Below, one piece after another: positions 25,966-35,617 of a stretch of 64,000 nt of DNA. The stretch's first letter is position 1. The number at the start of each line of letters is the position of its first letter. The notes under the pieces are model-generated. The model saw nothing but the letters and a program-made list of their open reading frames with translations. It was not told the origin of the DNA and searched no databases. The position numbers and the translations under genes are program-made. This DNA comes from an uncultured Verrucomicrobiae bacterium (GTDB taxonomy: Bacteria > Verrucomicrobiota > Verrucomicrobiia > Limisphaerales > UBA11358), in the NCBI GenBank assembly GCA_963797825.1, contig CAWCRR010000041.1:24436-88435 (forward strand), in the 5' to 3' direction.

Positions 25966-27045
25966 ATGAAAGGCGAAGTGGTTTACCTCTATGCATTCGA
26001 CGTGGCGAATGAAATCATCACCTCGCGCGTGCAGGAAATCTTGTCCGAAAAGCCGTTCCCCTTCGAAATTAAGATGGACCGGACGCTTCCCAAGGACATG
26101 CCTCTCTACAAACCGCTGGCCATCGAACCCCATTCACTCCAGGGAACCGTCCGCGGCGCGCCCATGAGCCTGCTCATCCGCATCTACAACGTCGGCGTCG
26201 TCACCGTGATGGTGCGCGTGCCCTTTGAGATGGATTCGCTGGCCGGCTTGATGCCGTTCCATAATGCCAGGCTGGATAATGGCGAACCGCTCGATTCCTT
26301 TGCGCTGAATTTTTGCGGCCAGGTTTCCGCCAGCCTGAAGGATTTGATGGTCGGCCGGCAGGAATGTCCAACGCCGGAGGCCTATACCGTTTTTTGCCTG
26401 ACGGATTTGGACGATGCGAACGATGTAAATGCCTGGCTGGCCGCGCACCGGCGCGACGTCGCCGGCCTGCTGGCCGAGACCCCCCCGGAAAATTTGAGCG
26501 AAGCCCAGGTCAACGAGGTGCTGCGCATCCAGCGCTCCTTCGAGAACACCGATTTGGCGGTGATCGATTGGGACGCCGCGCTCATCGCCGATCTGGCCGG
26601 CTATGTGGACGACGTGCTCTATGCCCTCGAATTGGCCAACCTCCAGCTCGAAGAATTTCGCGTGATGGACCGGCGCCTGGACCTGTATCTCGACCGGGCC
26701 TACGACGATCTGGAACGGCGGCGGCTGCCCATGTTTGGAGCCGCGAACAAGATGTTGCGTCAATTGCGCCGGTTCCGGGTGGACGTGGCCAAGCTGGCCG
26801 ATGAAGTCACCCATATCACCAAATTCTTCGGAGATTGGCACCTGGCGCGCGTTTATTTGGGCGCGCGCGACCGGTTTTACCTCGATCAATGGCGAGCCAG
26901 CGTGGAGCAACGGCTGGCGCAACTGGACAAGCTTTATAGTGTCGTCCATTCGGAAGTGAATGAAATGCGCATGCTTTGGCTGGAAATCATCATCGTCATC
27001 TTTTTTGCCGTCGATCTGGCCATCCTGGTCTGGCTAAAACATTGA
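25966..27045 (+). CDS. Hypothetical protein with C-terminal membrane anchor
   Basis: 359-aa clean ORF with one terminal TM helix (LWLEIIIVIFFAVDLAILVWL). It possibly resembles DUF155/RMD1, which I could not verify. Confidence 0.4.
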   Translation: MKGEVVYLYAFDVANEIITSRVQEILSEKPFPFEIKMDRTLPKDMPLYKPLAIEPHSLQGTVRGAPMSLLIRIYNVGVVTVMVRVPFEMDSLAGLMPFHNARLDNGEPLDSFALNFCGQVSASLKDLMVGRQECPTPEAYTVFCLTDLDDANDVNAWLAAHRRDVAGLLAETPPENLSEAQVNEVLRIQRSFENTDLAVIDWDAALIADLAGYVDDVLYALELANLQLEEFRVMDRRLDLYLDRAYDDLERRRLPMFGAANKMLRQLRRFRVDVAKLADEVTHITKFFGDWHLARVYLGARDRFYLDQWRASVEQRLAQLDKLYSVVHSEVNEMRMLWLEIIIVIFFAVDLAILVWLKH

Positions 27046-27120
27046 TAAACTATACACAATCAACAGTTTACAACTATTTCTGTTGAATTCAAACCAGTTC
27101 CAACCAATGACAACAAGCTC

Positions 27121-27150
27121 AAACGAATTCTAATGAATTCTAATGAATTC
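27121..27150. repeat. Decamer tandem array (NaaNgaattc x3) just upstream of a TTGACA hexamer
   Basis: aaacgaattc taatgaattc taatgaattc is followed by ttgaca at 27156-27161, about 50 nt upstream of rplU. Confidence 0.8.
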
Positions 27151-27207
27151 CAATGTTGACAACCATCGGAAATCTGGTTTAATTTCCGACCCTTTGCGGG
27201 ATAATTT

Positions 27208-27516
27208 ATGTACGCAGTTTTAGAAACAGGCAGCAAACAATATCGCGTCGTCGCCGGCGACACGCTCGAAATCGAACGCCTCGACGTCGAGGCGGGCAAA
27301 CCGTTCACGTTTGACCGCGTGCTCATGGTCGGCGGCGAAAAGGTCACCGTCGGCGCGCCCACCGTTACCGGGGCCACCGTGGTGGCCGACGTCGTGGCGC
27401 ACAAACGCGGCGAGAAGAAACTCACGTTCAAGATGAAACGCCGCAAGGGCTACCACAAAACCATCGGCCACCGCCAGGAACTGACGGTCGTCAAAATCAC
27501 CGCCATCAACCTCTGA
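27208..27516 (+). CDS. rplU: 50S ribosomal protein L21
   Basis: 102 aa starting MYAVLETGSKQYRV, with the KRRKGYHKTIGHRQ motif. Confidence 0.95.
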   Translation: MYAVLETGSKQYRVVAGDTLEIERLDVEAGKPFTFDRVLMVGGEKVTVGAPTVTGATVVADVVAHKRGEKKLTFKMKRRKGYHKTIGHRQELTVVKITAINL

Positions 27517-27558
27517 TTCCGACTCTCAACTCTCACCTTTCAACTATTTACTAATTAT

Positions 27559-27822
27559 ATGGCACATAAAAAAGGTCAAGGCAGCGTCAAGAACGGGCGC
27601 GACAGCGTCAGCAAACGGCTGGGCGTGAAAGAATTTGGCGGCGCCCTCGTCACCGCCGGCAGCATCATCATCCGCCAGCGCGGCGCCAAATTCATCGCGG
27701 GCAAAAACGTCGGCACCGGACGCGACTGGACGTTGTTCGCGCTTACAGATGGCAAAGTGCTATTCGACAAAAACAGCAAGCGCGTGAATGTGGTCGCGGA
27801 AGCCGTTACGGCCAAGAATTGA
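27559..27822 (+). CDS. rpmA: 50S ribosomal protein L27
   Basis: 87 aa starting [15 protein letters not shown], with the IIIRQRG motif. Confidence 0.95.
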   Translation: MAHKKGQGSVKNGRDSVSKRLGVKEFGGALVTAGSIIIRQRGAKFIAGKNVGTGRDWTLFALTDGKVLFDKNSKRVNVVAEAVTAKN

Positions 27823-27852
27823 CGGAATTTAACCATCCCCGTGAAATTTCAA

Positions 27853-27880
27853 AAGCGAGGTTCACGCCTCGCTTTTTTAT
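27853..27880 (+). terminator. Rho-independent terminator after rpmA
   Basis: aagcgagg-ttcacg-cctcgctt forms an 8-bp stem followed by a T-run (tttttattt). Confidence 0.75.
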
Positions 27881-27983
27881 TTAGGGTAAAGACAGAATTA
27901 ACAAAATGAACAGAATTCTATTTCCCTCTTCGGCAAATTCTGTGAATTCTGTCGATGAACTCAAACCTTGAAAATCTGATTTC

Positions 27984-29156
27984 ATGTTTATTGACGAAAT
28001 AAAAATTTACGCGCGGGCGGGGCACGGTGGCAAAGGCTGTGTCGCGTTCCATCGCGAAGCCTATGTCGATAAGGGCGGTCCCAGCGGCGGCAACGGCGGG
28101 CGCGGCGGCAGTGTCATCCTGCAGGCCGACCACGACCTCAACAATCTCATCGCGCAATATTATCAGCCGCGCCTGATCGCCAAGGATGGTGAACACGGCA
28201 TGGGCAAGGGAATGGATGGCCACGCCGGGAATGACCTCATCATCAAGGTTCCCTGTGGCACCCTGGTCTGGAAATTGGCGAGCCAAGCTGTTCCGGGCGA
28301 CGAGGAAGCCGGGAATGAAGAAGATGATGATGCGAAGCCTGTTTTCAAGACCAGCTCAGGCAAACGACCATTGATCCGCAGCGCGCGTGGCCAGGTCGCG
28401 CAGGAGATTGATTTGAGCAAAGAGAGTGCCGGCGAAAACAAAAGCCATCCGGAAAAGGGCGAACTGGTGGCCGACCTTACGCAGCACGGACAACAATTTA
28501 TTTTGTGTGGCGGCGGGCGGGGCGGATTGGGCAATCGCAATTTTGCCACCGCCGCGCGCCAGTCACCGCGCTTTGCGCAGCCCGGCGAGCCGGGCGGCGA
28601 GGGGGATTATCTTTTTGAATTGCGCATCATGGCTGAAGTCGGTTTGGTCGGCTATCCCAACGCGGGCAAATCCACCCTGCTGACGGCCATTTCCAAGGCC
28701 CGGCCCAAAATCGCGCCGTATCCCTTTACGACCTTGCATCCGCAGATCGGCATCCTGGAATATGAAGATTGGCACCGGCTCACTGTCTGCGACGTGCCGG
28801 GCCTGATCGAAGGCGCGCATCAAAACGTCGGCCTCGGCCACGCCTTCCTCCGCCACATCGAGCGCTGCAAAATTCTCGTGCTCCTCCTGGACATGGCCGG
28901 CACGGACGGCCGCAAGCCGTGGGATGATTACAAACAACTCCTGCGCGAACTGGAATTTTACGATCCGGCCTTGCTCGAGAAACCCCGATTCATCGTCGCC
29001 AACAAGATGGACGAAGCCGTAGCAGAAGAATTATTGAAACAGTTCAAAAAGAAGATCAAAAAAGTATCGGTCCTTCCGATTTCCGCCGCGTTCGACCAGG
29101 GGGTTGATAAATTTAAAAAAATGATCCGAACGGAAGTTGAAGCGGCGGCGGAGTAA
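27984..29156 (+). CDS. obg: GTPase Obg/CgtA
   Basis: 390 aa. It has the glycine-rich Obg fold (GGKGCVAFHRE..GGPSGGNGGRGG), G1 GYPNAGKST, G3 DVPGLIEGA and G4 NKMD. It contains an insertion of about 60 aa relative to the Obg proteins I remember. Confidence 0.92.
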   Translation: MFIDEIKIYARAGHGGKGCVAFHREAYVDKGGPSGGNGGRGGSVILQADHDLNNLIAQYYQPRLIAKDGEHGMGKGMDGHAGNDLIIKVPCGTLVWKLASQAVPGDEEAGNEEDDDAKPVFKTSSGKRPLIRSARGQVAQEIDLSKESAGENKSHPEKGELVADLTQHGQQFILCGGGRGGLGNRNFATAARQSPRFAQPGEPGGEGDYLFELRIMAEVGLVGYPNAGKSTLLTAISKARPKIAPYPFTTLHPQIGILEYEDWHRLTVCDVPGLIEGAHQNVGLGHAFLRHIERCKILVLLLDMAGTDGRKPWDDYKQLLRELEFYDPALLEKPRFIVANKMDEAVAEELLKQFKKKIKKVSVLPISAAFDQGVDKFKKMIRTEVEAAAE

Positions 29157-29258
29157 GTGTCTCATGCAAAGGCGCAAAGACACGAAAGGGAAGATAGAAA
29201 TGGGGATGTTTCGCGCGAGGCGCGCGAAACGGCACGCGAGGCGCGTACGCTCCCCCAA

Positions 29259-29825
29259 TCAGATTTCCAAAAACCGCATCACGGTGTCGCCGTGCTTGAG
29301 CATTTTGGCTTCACGCCACGGCGCGACAAGTTCCAAAGTGTCGCGCTTGGTATGGCCCAGGACAAATCGCCCGCCTGAAGCGAGGAGCTTTGGCAGATTT
29401 TTGTCATCGAGCAATTGCTGTGCAAACGATTCGGAACGGCATCCGACGTTCTTTTCGCCATAGGGCGGGTCGGCGAGGACCAGGTCAAACTGTTCACCGT
29501 TTTGAGCCAGTTGCGCGAGCGCCGTGAAAACATCCTGCGTTCGCACATGCAGGTTCGCATCGGAAATGGCTCCGGCATTTTGTTGGATGAAGTTGGCGTG
29601 TTTGTGGGATTTCTCGATGCACAACGCGGAGACCGCGCCGCGGCTCAAACATTCCAGGCTCAACGCGCCGCTGCCGGCGAACAGCTCCAGCACCCTGGCC
29701 CCTTCCACGCGCGCGCCCAATGAATTGAAGATGGCCTGTTTGACGAGGTCCGGCGTCGGACGCACGTCCAGCCCCTTTGGGACTTTCAGAATCCTCCGCG
29801 CGGCATTGCCACCAGTGATGCGCAT
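29259..29825 (-). CDS. rsmD: 16S rRNA (guanine966-N2)-methyltransferase RsmD
   Basis: 188 aa. Motifs are MRITGG..RPT.D.VKQAIFN, ELFAGSGALSLE and the DPPY catalytic motif. Confidence 0.85.
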   Translation of the reverse strand: MRITGGNAARRILKVPKGLDVRPTPDLVKQAIFNSLGARVEGARVLELFAGSGALSLECLSRGAVSALCIEKSHKHANFIQQNAGAISDANLHVRTQDVFTALAQLAQNGEQFDLVLADPPYGEKNVGCRSESFAQQLLDDKNLPKLLASGGRFVLGHTKRDTLELVAPWREAKMLKHGDTVMRFLEI

Positions 29826-29828
29826 CGG

Positions 29829-30626
29829 CTATTTAAAAATTTCCGCGAAGAAATCTTTCATGGCCTGCCACGAGCGTTTGTCCGCCTTCTCATTATATTT
29901 CGCGCCGTTGAGGTTTTCCTTGTCCACAGCGGGCTGGGTGAAGGCATGGACCGCGCCGCCGTAGAAGACGATTTGCCAATCCACGTTATTATCGCGCATC
30001 TCGCTTTCGAATGCCGTCAGGTCGCCGGCGCTTTGGAACGGATCATTCGCGCCGGCCAGCACGAGCACTTTGCATTTGATGTTTTTGCCATCGGCGGGGG
30101 TCGGCGAATCCAACCCGCCGTGAAAACTGACCACGCCGTCCAATTGCGCGCCGCTGCGGGCCAATTCCAGCACGGTCGTCCCGCCGAAACAATAACCGAT
30201 GGCCGCCACGCGGCTGGTGTCCACCAACGGATTACTTTTCAGTTCATCCAGGCCGGCATTGACGCGTTCGCGCAGGAGCTTGCGGTCATTCTTATATTTG
30301 CCGGCCTCGGCGCCGGAATCCTGCGGAGACTGCGGGCGGATGCCTTTGCCATAGATGTCCGCGCAAAAGGCGACGTATCCGAGTTGCGCCAGTTGCTGTG
30401 CGCGCATCTTTTCGTAATCAGTGAGGCCATGCCATTGATGGACGACCAGCACGCCGGGGCGTTTGCCGGAAACGCTGTCGTCGTAGGCGAGATAGCCTTC
30501 CAGGGTGGTATTGCCGTCCTGGTAGTCCACAGTTTGGGTAATGATCTTGCCATGCATCGTCATGGCGCACAATAAGGCAGTAATCGCACAAAGCAAATGT
30601 TTCATAGCGGGGGAATTCATAAACAA
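29829..30626 (-). CDS. Dienelactone hydrolase family protein (secreted)
   Basis: It has a signal peptide, the nucleophile context GYCFGG and HGG.D later in the sequence. The more likely start is the ATG at 30605 (MKHLL). Confidence 0.75.
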   Translation of the reverse strand: MFMNSPAMKHLLCAITALLCAMTMHGKIITQTVDYQDGNTTLEGYLAYDDSVSGKRPGVLVVHQWHGLTDYEKMRAQQLAQLGYVAFCADIYGKGIRPQSPQDSGAEAGKYKNDRKLLRERVNAGLDELKSNPLVDTSRVAAIGYCFGGTTVLELARSGAQLDGVVSFHGGLDSPTPADGKNIKCKVLVLAGANDPFQSAGDLTAFESEMRDNNVDWQIVFYGGAVHAFTQPAVDKENLNGAKYNEKADKRSWQAMKDFFAEIFK

Positions 30627-30650
30627 AATCTCGCCTGATGGAAATCATTT

Positions 30651-30680
30651 TATCCGTGTGCATCCGTGTTTATCCGTGTT
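30651..30680. repeat. Decamer tandem array (NatccgtgtN x3) 12 nt upstream of the ABC ATPase GTG start
   Basis: tatccgtgtg catccgtgtt tatccgtgtt, read directly. Confidence 0.8.
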
Positions 30681-30692
30681 TAAAATTGTGGT

Positions 30693-31493
30693 GTGAGACC
30701 GATTCTCGAAATCTCCGGCCTGAAAATCGTGCGCGACGGGGTGACGATCCTTGATGGCGTGGATTGGTGTGCCGAGCGCGGCCAGCATTGGGTCATCCTG
30801 GGCGCGAATGGTTCCGGCAAGACCTCGTTGTTGAGCGCGCTAACGGGTTATCTTATGCCGACGGGCGGGGAAATCGTTCTGCTCGGCAAAAACTACGGAC
30901 AATCCGACTGGCGCGAGCTTCGCAAGAAAATCGGCATCGTGAGTTCCGCGGTCCGGCAAATGATGGCTGACGACGAGCCGGCCCTTGAAACCATTGCCAG
31001 CGGCAAATCCGCCATGATTGATTTTTGGGGCAAGCTTTCGCGCGCGGAAAAGAATCGCGCATGGAAAATCCTCCGCCAAATCGAATGCGCGCATCTCGCG
31101 GAACGTCCCTGGCGCGTGCTTTCGCAAGGCGAACGGCAACGCATTCTGATCGGGCGCGCCTTGATGGCCGCGCCGCGCGTGTTGATCCTGGATGAGCCGT
31201 GCGCCGGCCTGGACCCGGCTGCCCGCGAACAATTTCTGCAATTCATCCAACAGCTTGGCACCCAAAAAGACGCGCCGACGCTCGTTTTCGTCACCCATCA
31301 TGTGGAGGAAATCATGCCGGTCTTCTCACATGTGCTGATTTTGGAGAAGGGGCGGGTGCTCGCTGCTGGGGAAAAATCCACGACATTGACGGCAGGCAAC
31401 CTGGCCCGCGCGTTTGCGGCGAGATTGAAATTGCGCCGCAAGGCCGGTCGTTACGCGATGAGTATTACAGCGAAGTCGAGAGCGGTGATTTAA
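30693..31493 (+). CDS. ABC transporter ATP-binding protein (stand-alone)
   Basis: 266 aa. It has Walker A GANGSGKTS, the signature LSQGERQR, Walker B LILDEP and an H-loop. No permease gene is adjacent. Confidence 0.8.
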   Translation: MRPILEISGLKIVRDGVTILDGVDWCAERGQHWVILGANGSGKTSLLSALTGYLMPTGGEIVLLGKNYGQSDWRELRKKIGIVSSAVRQMMADDEPALETIASGKSAMIDFWGKLSRAEKNRAWKILRQIECAHLAERPWRVLSQGERQRILIGRALMAAPRVLILDEPCAGLDPAAREQFLQFIQQLGTQKDAPTLVFVTHHVEEIMPVFSHVLILEKGRVLAAGEKSTTLTAGNLARAFAARLKLRRKAGRYAMSITAKSRAVI

Positions 31494-31520
31494 CCTGCAT
31501 ATTTCACAGTACCGTTGCCT

Positions 31521-31668
31521 CTCATTAACACCGTGGCTTCAGCCCGGTGCAAAACGCAGTGCGGCGGTTCAACCGTTTCAACGGTTTGCGAAACGCGAGA
31601 AGCCGTTGAAACGGCTGACGGCTCGCCCAGACCCGCCAACACCGGGCTGAAGCCACGGTGTTAATGAG
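31521..31668. repeat. 148-bp element with perfect 29-bp inverted termini between convergent genes
   Basis: ctcattaacaccgtggcttcagcccggtg (31521-31549) is the exact reverse complement of 31640-31668. The interior holds two smaller palindromes (ccgtttcaacgg, ccgttgaaacgg). Confidence 0.8.
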
Positions 31669-31701
31669 ACTACAGAAGATGATTGCGAAAACGCCCCGAT
31701 C

Positions 31702-33195
31702 TTACGCCGGCGCTGGGGCCGTCACCGGTGCCATCACCGGTTTTTCCTGCCAGCCAAACATCTTGCCGCGCTTGATCAGCTCCACGATCTCCGGCGGCAC
31801 ATCGTTTTCCCAGGTGGCATCGCCCGATTGGATTTTCGTCAGCACGAACGGCGGGAACAGCGAAAGGTAATCCGGATTGTAATCCTTTATGCTGACGATG
31901 TATCCATTCTCCAGCAGGTGCGCATAGAGATGCCGCAGATGGTCGGCCACCTGCAAATTGTCCGCCGTGATGATCTGGCCATCGGCTGCTTCCCGGATCC
32001 AGATGCCGCTCTCGCCCTGGGGCGCGGTCGCATCGGAAAAAGATTTTTTGGCCGGATCTCGGAAAGGATAGACGTAAAGTTTCGTGGTGCCCTTGAAGAG
32101 GCGTCCGAGCGATTCCAACAAGCCGCCGGGCAAATCCGCGTAGAATTTCTCGTCAAAAATCCCGCGCAAACTCGGGATGCCCAGCGCGATGCCCTGCATT
32201 TTTTGCGTGTACCGCGAGAGATATTCCACCAGGCGATAGTACCGGCCAAAATTGGAAATGAGCACCGGCTTGCCCAGCGTGCTCAAAAGGTCCACGCGGT
32301 CCAGAAAATCCTTGTGCGCCAACGTCTCGTCTTCCAGCACGCTGTGCAGCGTCATCTCCATGAGGATGACCGGCTCCTGGCCCTGCACTTCCGGTTCGCT
32401 CAAGAAATGTTGGTGCGCGCGGTCCAAAATATCCAGGGTCGTCTTGGTGATGGGCCGAAAACTGCCGCGCTCCACCAACACCGATTTTTGATACAGCACT
32501 TCGCCCGGGATCACCACCTCGCCGTCCGCGGTGAACATCGCCGCCTCGGACATCTGGTGTTGCACCAGTTGCAACGCCATCAAACGGTTGTCCACCGCTG
32601 CAAAACTTTCCCCCGAGAATTTGATCATGTCGATCTCGATGCGCTCGCGGTTCAGGTCATCCATCAAGGCGGTAATGATCTTGTCCGGCTCCTGGAAATT
32701 ATAGAACGACGCGTGGATGAGATTCACGCCGACGATGCCCAGCGCCTCCGACTGATGCAGACTGTGATCCTCGAGCATCCGGACATGGATGATAATTTCC
32801 GAGGGCTTTTCATGCGGACGGGTCTGGAATTTCATGCCCAGCCAGCCGTGCCCGCCGTCGCGCCGCGTGGTGACGGTGTTGGCAAAAACAAAAAAGGTGC
32901 ATTTATCCCCGCGGGTCTTGTCGAGCCGCTGCAAAAGCAGGTCGAATTCGTAATTCAACATCGATTGCAGGCGCTGGCGGCTCACGTAACGGTCGGCGGT
33001 GCCGTAGATCGCATCGCTGACGGCCATGTCGTAGGCGGAGATGGTCTTGGCGACGGTGCCGGACGCCTTGCCCACGTGGAAGAACCAGCGCGCTGTTTCC
33101 TGGCCCGCGCCGATCTCGGCAAACGTGCCGTACCGTTTGGCGTCCATATTGATTTGCAACGCCTTTTGGCCGGTGCTGAATTTATCGTCGGGCAT
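31702..33195 (-). CDS. Conserved hypothetical protein
   Basis: 497-aa uninterrupted ORF with protein-like composition (RYGTFAEIGAGQETARWFF..). I recognised no catalytic motif. The antisense 489-aa ORF is treated as a shadow. Confidence 0.5.
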   Translation of the reverse strand: MPDDKFSTGQKALQINMDAKRYGTFAEIGAGQETARWFFHVGKASGTVAKTISAYDMAVSDAIYGTADRYVSRQRLQSMLNYEFDLLLQRLDKTRGDKCTFFVFANTVTTRRDGGHGWLGMKFQTRPHEKPSEIIIHVRMLEDHSLHQSEALGIVGVNLIHASFYNFQEPDKIITALMDDLNRERIEIDMIKFSGESFAAVDNRLMALQLVQHQMSEAAMFTADGEVVIPGEVLYQKSVLVERGSFRPITKTTLDILDRAHQHFLSEPEVQGQEPVILMEMTLHSVLEDETLAHKDFLDRVDLLSTLGKPVLISNFGRYYRLVEYLSRYTQKMQGIALGIPSLRGIFDEKFYADLPGGLLESLGRLFKGTTKLYVYPFRDPAKKSFSDATAPQGESGIWIREAADGQIITADNLQVADHLRHLYAHLLENGYIVSIKDYNPDYLSLFPPFVLTKIQSGDATWENDVPPEIVELIKRGKMFGWQEKPVMAPVTAPAPA

Positions 33196-33451
33196 AAGAT
33201 CCTTGGCGGCAATCTAGCGGAAGAATTCCCGCGTGTCCATTGTGGAAGAATTTGGGTAGTGGGCTACTTTCGATTTGAGTTTCCGTTTCCGGTCTGACTG
33301 TGGCAGAGTTTGGACATGATTAAACCGAAAAAGGCTCGCAAAGGTGATTCCGCCCAGGTAGCGCATAGCGTCTTTTCAGACGTGATAAGAATTTCCGAAA
33401 AACCAATTAAGGCACCTGTAAAGCCATCACGCAAACCACGTCAAAAATGAT

Positions 33452-34687
33452 TCAGCGCTCAATACCATCACCAACCACCCACATTTTAGACTCAGTGATC
33501 AATTTTTCGGACAATGAGTGGATAATGGTATAAGGCTGCACGAGAGGGTTTGAGAATCGGTATCGGAATCTTCTCGACGATCCCTGTCTTTCCAAGACAC
33601 ATCCCCTTTTAGTTGAAATAAACTCATTGAGGTGCCTTTGAATATCCGAAACCGTACAGTCCTCGCCTGTTATAATTGCCATCGTTCTTGCTACTTCTGA
33701 TGCTTGAAAGAACCCTTGTTCATCATTCCCGCACAATGCACATGCGAGAAGTGTCATTTTGTAAGTGCTGGATTTGTGCGCGCTTGAAACAGCGGTATAA
33801 TAAACATGTGCAACGGTTTGCTTCGTCTTAACGATATGATTAACCGCGCTTTCAAAATCCGACTCGATTATTTCTTCGGATTTTCTGTCCACAGCGGCCA
33901 ATCCTGACTCAAGAGCAAGAAGGTGCGTGTAATGAGGTAATCCATGTGATAACCTTATTATTTTTTCCCTCACTTCGGTGGTCATATTTATCCCCGATTT
34001 TTCAAGCCCCTTATCAATGACTTCACCTAATTCTAAATCCGTCATTCGATACATTGGAATTTGTACCAATGCCCTTTCAATAGATTGATGTTCGGCAATT
34101 AGTTCATTGACCGATTGCGCAACGCCCACCAATAAAAGTGTAGTCTCTATGTTGTGATCGGAAAGGTTCTTTATTGTATCTGCCATTAAAGTCCGGCAAC
34201 TCTTATCCTGGATTCGATTAAATTCATCAAAGACAATCAATGTTCGTTCCTTCAATGTGGACAGTGCCCGCCTTACATCGTCAGGAACGACTTTTGCAGG
34301 AATAAGATCGTTAAGATTTTTCTCCGTTTCGGTTTCTTGTTTTGCAAAACCGGGAGATGAAGATTTGATCTTAAATGTTAGTTCTTTGAACGCTTTATGC
34401 CAAAGCGATGAAAAGTCATCGGAGCTATCACAATTAATCGTATCCGAATTAACAATTTTGATCCCGGCCTGCGATGCAAGTTCGGCTAAAACTTTTGCTA
34501 GGGAAGTTTTTCCGACACCCGGCTCGCCATACATAATAGCGTGTTGGCCATGTTGGATAATTGCTCCAATCACCATATCGGTTTGCGTTTGTCGTCCGGC
34601 GAAAAGGCTGTATTTTTCAATTGGCGCTCCCGGCCTAAAAGCCAATCTCAAAAAAGTTCTCATTGCGACTTGATCTTCATCTTTCAT
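33452..34687 (-). CDS. ORC/Cdc6-like AAA+ ATPase with C-terminal winged-helix region (passenger gene)
   Basis: Walker A is YGEPGVGKTSLA and Walker B is LIVFDEFN. The C-terminal part looks wHTH-like. I chose the ATG at 34687 (MKDEDQ); the ORF opens at 34750. Confidence 0.65.
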   Translation of the reverse strand: MKDEDQVAMRTFLRLAFRPGAPIEKYSLFAGRQTQTDMVIGAIIQHGQHAIMYGEPGVGKTSLAKVLAELASQAGIKIVNSDTINCDSSDDFSSLWHKAFKELTFKIKSSSPGFAKQETETEKNLNDLIPAKVVPDDVRRALSTLKERTLIVFDEFNRIQDKSCRTLMADTIKNLSDHNIETTLLLVGVAQSVNELIAEHQSIERALVQIPMYRMTDLELGEVIDKGLEKSGINMTTEVREKIIRLSHGLPHYTHLLALESGLAAVDRKSEEIIESDFESAVNHIVKTKQTVAHVYYTAVSSAHKSSTYKMTLLACALCGNDEQGFFQASEVARTMAIITGEDCTVSDIQRHLNEFISTKRGCVLERQGSSRRFRYRFSNPLVQPYTIIHSLSEKLITESKMWVVGDGIER

Positions 34688-34784
34688 GTCTAAATTGTAA
34701 CCTAATATAATAAATATGCAACTAAAAAATAAGTATTGACACCAATACAATTAAGTGTGACACTAAAGCCTGTAATTTGAAATT

Positions 34785-35615
34785 ATGAATTGCTTAAGCA
34801 CAGAAGAAAGAGCTAGAGTGGTAAATTGTTTGATTGAGGGTTGCAGCTTGCGCTCCACAGTACGCTTAACTGGCGTTGCCAAGAAAACCGTGTCACGCAT
34901 CTTGGTTGAAGTCGGCGAAGCTTGTGCGGCCTATCATGACCGGATTATGCGGAACCTGCCATGCAAGGTGATTCAGGTGGACGAGGTTTGGTCTTTCACT
35001 TATTGCAAACAGGCCAACATTCCAGACCACTTACAAGGGCAAGACGGTATAGGGGACACCTGGACATGGATCGCCATTGATGCTGACTCAAAACTCATCC
35101 CCTCATGGCATGTTGGATTGCGTGATTCCGCCGCCGCTTATCACTTTATTCACGATTTAGCCGGACGGCTAGCACATCGCGTCCAGCTAACCAGCGACGG
35201 CCACAGGCCGTATTTGGAAGCTGTGGAAGATGCCTTTGGCAGCGAGATTGATTATTCGATGCTGATAAAAATGTATGGGCGCGAAACTGGCATTGGTGAA
35301 GTCCGCTATTCACCGCCAGTTTGTATTGGGGCGCGCCGTCGTAAAATCATCGGGAATCCAGACCGCAATCTGGTTTCCACCAGCTATGTTGAACGCCAGA
35401 ATTTGACGCTTCGCATGACTAACCGCCGTTTTACCCGCCTGACGAATGCCTTTTCAAAAAAAATTGAGAACCACAAGCACATGATTGCGATTTACGCCAT
35501 GAATTATAATTTTTGCCGGATTCATCAGACTTTACGTTGCACTCCGGCAATGGAGGCTAAAATCACAGACCGCGTTTGGAGCTTGGAAGAAATGATAAAT
35601 TCGATTACCAATTAA
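34785..35615 (+). CDS. IS1-family transposase (single-ORF type)
   Basis: 276 aa with an N-terminal HTH. DDE-type core blocks are VIQVDEVWSF, WTWIAIDADSKL, LTSDGHRPY, YVERQNLTLRMTNRRFTRLTNAFSKK and NYNFCRIHQTL. Confidence 0.8.
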   Translation: MNCLSTEERARVVNCLIEGCSLRSTVRLTGVAKKTVSRILVEVGEACAAYHDRIMRNLPCKVIQVDEVWSFTYCKQANIPDHLQGQDGIGDTWTWIAIDADSKLIPSWHVGLRDSAAAYHFIHDLAGRLAHRVQLTSDGHRPYLEAVEDAFGSEIDYSMLIKMYGRETGIGEVRYSPPVCIGARRRKIIGNPDRNLVSTSYVERQNLTLRMTNRRFTRLTNAFSKKIENHKHMIAIYAMNYNFCRIHQTLRCTPAMEAKITDRVWSLEEMINSITN

Positions 35616-35617
35616 TT

